A stretch of DNA of 63,650 nt, the filler included, from Reticulomyxa filosa (lineage: Eukaryota; Protista; Foraminifera): the NCBI GenBank assembly GCA_000512085.1. It is 21 parts of 21 records of this genome, joined end to end, with 100 filler letters (N's around TTAATTAATTAA, not from the genome) between each part and the next. Parts side by side here need not be neighbours in the genome. Positions count along the whole stretch, not along the records: positions 58,334 to 63,650 come from ASPP01004283.1; 20 more parts are not named here. One strand, 5' to 3'. Position 1 is the stretch's first letter. The number at the start of each line of letters is the position of its first letter. Shown here piece by piece: positions 62,325-63,650 of the stretch. The notes beneath the pieces are model-generated. The model made no database searches and was not told the DNA's origin. It was given only the letters and a program-made list of their open reading frames with translations. Both the position numbers and the translations under genes were made by a program.

Positions 62325-63650
62325 TTATAGAAATGTGCAACAAAAAAAAATTAAATTAACATAATGCTGAAGTATCGGAGCAGTGACAAGAGTGATGAGG
62401 TGATCGTTTTGGCACTGCTGATAATGGCCCCATTGAGCTTGGCAAATCATGTGCAAAATACAATACATGTTCAAATACTCTCGTTTGGTGTGATCACCAA
62501 CACGAAGATTCCATATATTGACTTGATTTTGGTCATGGTACTGAACAATGCGTTGGAGAAGAAACTTGAGCAAAAGTTGTTTGGTGATAATGCAATCAAA
62601 TAAGAACTCAGTGACAGAGTAGACAACAAGTGCTCGATCCAAATCCCTGTGACGTGCTTGTGGACAAGTGCGCCATGCGTCCATGAGGGCTTGGTCTCGA
62701 GTTATACTGTCTACATTAGGATAAAAGAAGACCACGTATTCGGAAACAAAAGTGTGAAGCACTTGCCACAACTCCGAGCAAAGTTCAGTCCATTTCGGTT
62801 TGGGCTTAGGAAGTTCGGGAAGTTCCGGGAACATTCCCCCTGCTTCCTCTTCGACATCAATGACGACATAAGGGCTTTTTTTGCCTGCAGTTATTGGCTC
62901 GCGTTTGGTGTCGTCATGATCATCATCATTATCATCATCATCATTGTCGTCATCGTCGATAAGAGATGTACCAGCAGCAGAGACAGTGGCAGTACGAGTA
63001 GTCATGATATGTTTGTTTTTTTTGTGGACAGAAGTGTATCGGTTGAAATGGAAGAAGTTGTGACGATCACGATGAGAACACAAAGTGCGAAAACCACTTT
63101 TAGTTAGAGTAGAGAGTAAAGAAAGCACACGTCGTAAGAAGAGCATTTGCGGACGCAAAGTCGGAAGCATGGAAGTATAGAAATGAGCGAGTACTTGCAA
63201 CGGATGGCGTGAGTCGATGGGACGCGATAGAAACCAAACACTAACGGTGGAAGTCATGTCCACACATAGCCGTAGCCACAAGCTACTGAAGCATTTAGTG
63301 CAAACAGAAGCAAACTCATTGTCGTGTGGTTGGTAGCTATAGCCCATATAAGTAACTCGAACCACTTGATATAATTCATTCATGTAAATGCATCCTCCAT
63401 ACAAACATAAGGAGGGCGAGGACGAAGCAGATAATGATGCTGATGATGACGATGGGTTGCAGTAGTACGACTTCTTCTGTTCCGTCTCAATTTCATATTG
63501 ATACATCTCATTACAACTCCAAGTCCAATGAGCATCACTCTTTTTCGCTTTGTCACCCAATTTTTTTTTACCAGCGACTGTGGATGCGACCAATGCAAAG
63601 TCTTGAATTAGTTCCAACATTCCATACTTTTCATTTTTGTCATGGCTATT
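62325..63650 (-). CDS. Hypothetical protein with a degenerate lipoxygenase-like region (5'-partial)
   Basis: 431+ aa ORF; HPLQVL, LWQVLHTFVSEYVVFFYP...DQAL..AW, VTEFLFDC resemble LOX core helices. Confidence 0.5.
   Translation of the reverse strand, partial: NSHDKNEKYGMLELIQDFALVASTVAGKKKLGDKAKKSDAHWTWSCNEMYQYEIETEQKKSYYCNPSSSSASLSASSSPSLCLYGGCIYMNELYQVVRVTYMGYSYQPHDNEFASVCTKCFSSLWLRLCVDMTSTVSVWFLSRPIDSRHPLQVLAHFYTSMLPTLRPQMLFLRRVLSLLSTLTKSGFRTLCSHRDRHNFFHFNRYTSVHKKNKHIMTTRTATVSAAGTSLIDDDDNDDDDNDDDHDDTKREPITAGKKSPYVVIDVEEEAGGMFPELPELPKPKPKWTELCSELWQVLHTFVSEYVVFFYPNVDSITRDQALMDAWRTCPQARHRDLDRALVVYSVTEFLFDCIITKQLLLKFLLQRIVQYHDQNQVNIWNLRVGDHTKREYLNMYCILHMICQAQWGHYQQCQNDHLITLVTAPILQHYVNLIFFCCTFL

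Overview
This window is not one locus. It is 21 short contigs joined by 20 identical 100-nt spacers (N44-TTAATTAATTAA-N44). Eighteen contigs are AT-rich and eukaryotic, many with GT-AG introns. Their gene families (NACHT, PPR, N-myristoylated Kelch-like, RING/TRAF) suggest a rhizarian such as the foraminiferan Reticulomyxa; this host assignment is inferred, not verified. Three contigs are bacterial: a GC-rich betaproteobacterial hisD-SBP-hisC fragment (13072-15425); an AT-rich Rickettsiales-like contig bounded by IS5 and IS1 elements (27377-36540) carrying ruvA, nhaA, rmuC, higBA, nnrD, two tRNAs and orphans; and a moderately GC-rich contig with a ComEC-like MBL hydrolase (54940-56551). Many single-base frameshifts fall in homopolymers and look like sequencing errors. 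The best candidate for an undescribed system is a eukaryotic NLR-like protein with a Zn-ribbon, a RelA/SpoT-type nucleotidyltransferase and a NACHT NTPase (52629-54800). A close paralog (22342-23357) is cut just before its NACHT domain. Other highlights are a ~1,700-aa mucin-like type I surface protein largely missed by the ORF track, a TA-flanked Tc1-like MITE, a HigB toxin lacking its catalytic DYH tail, and a candidate endosymbiont effector.
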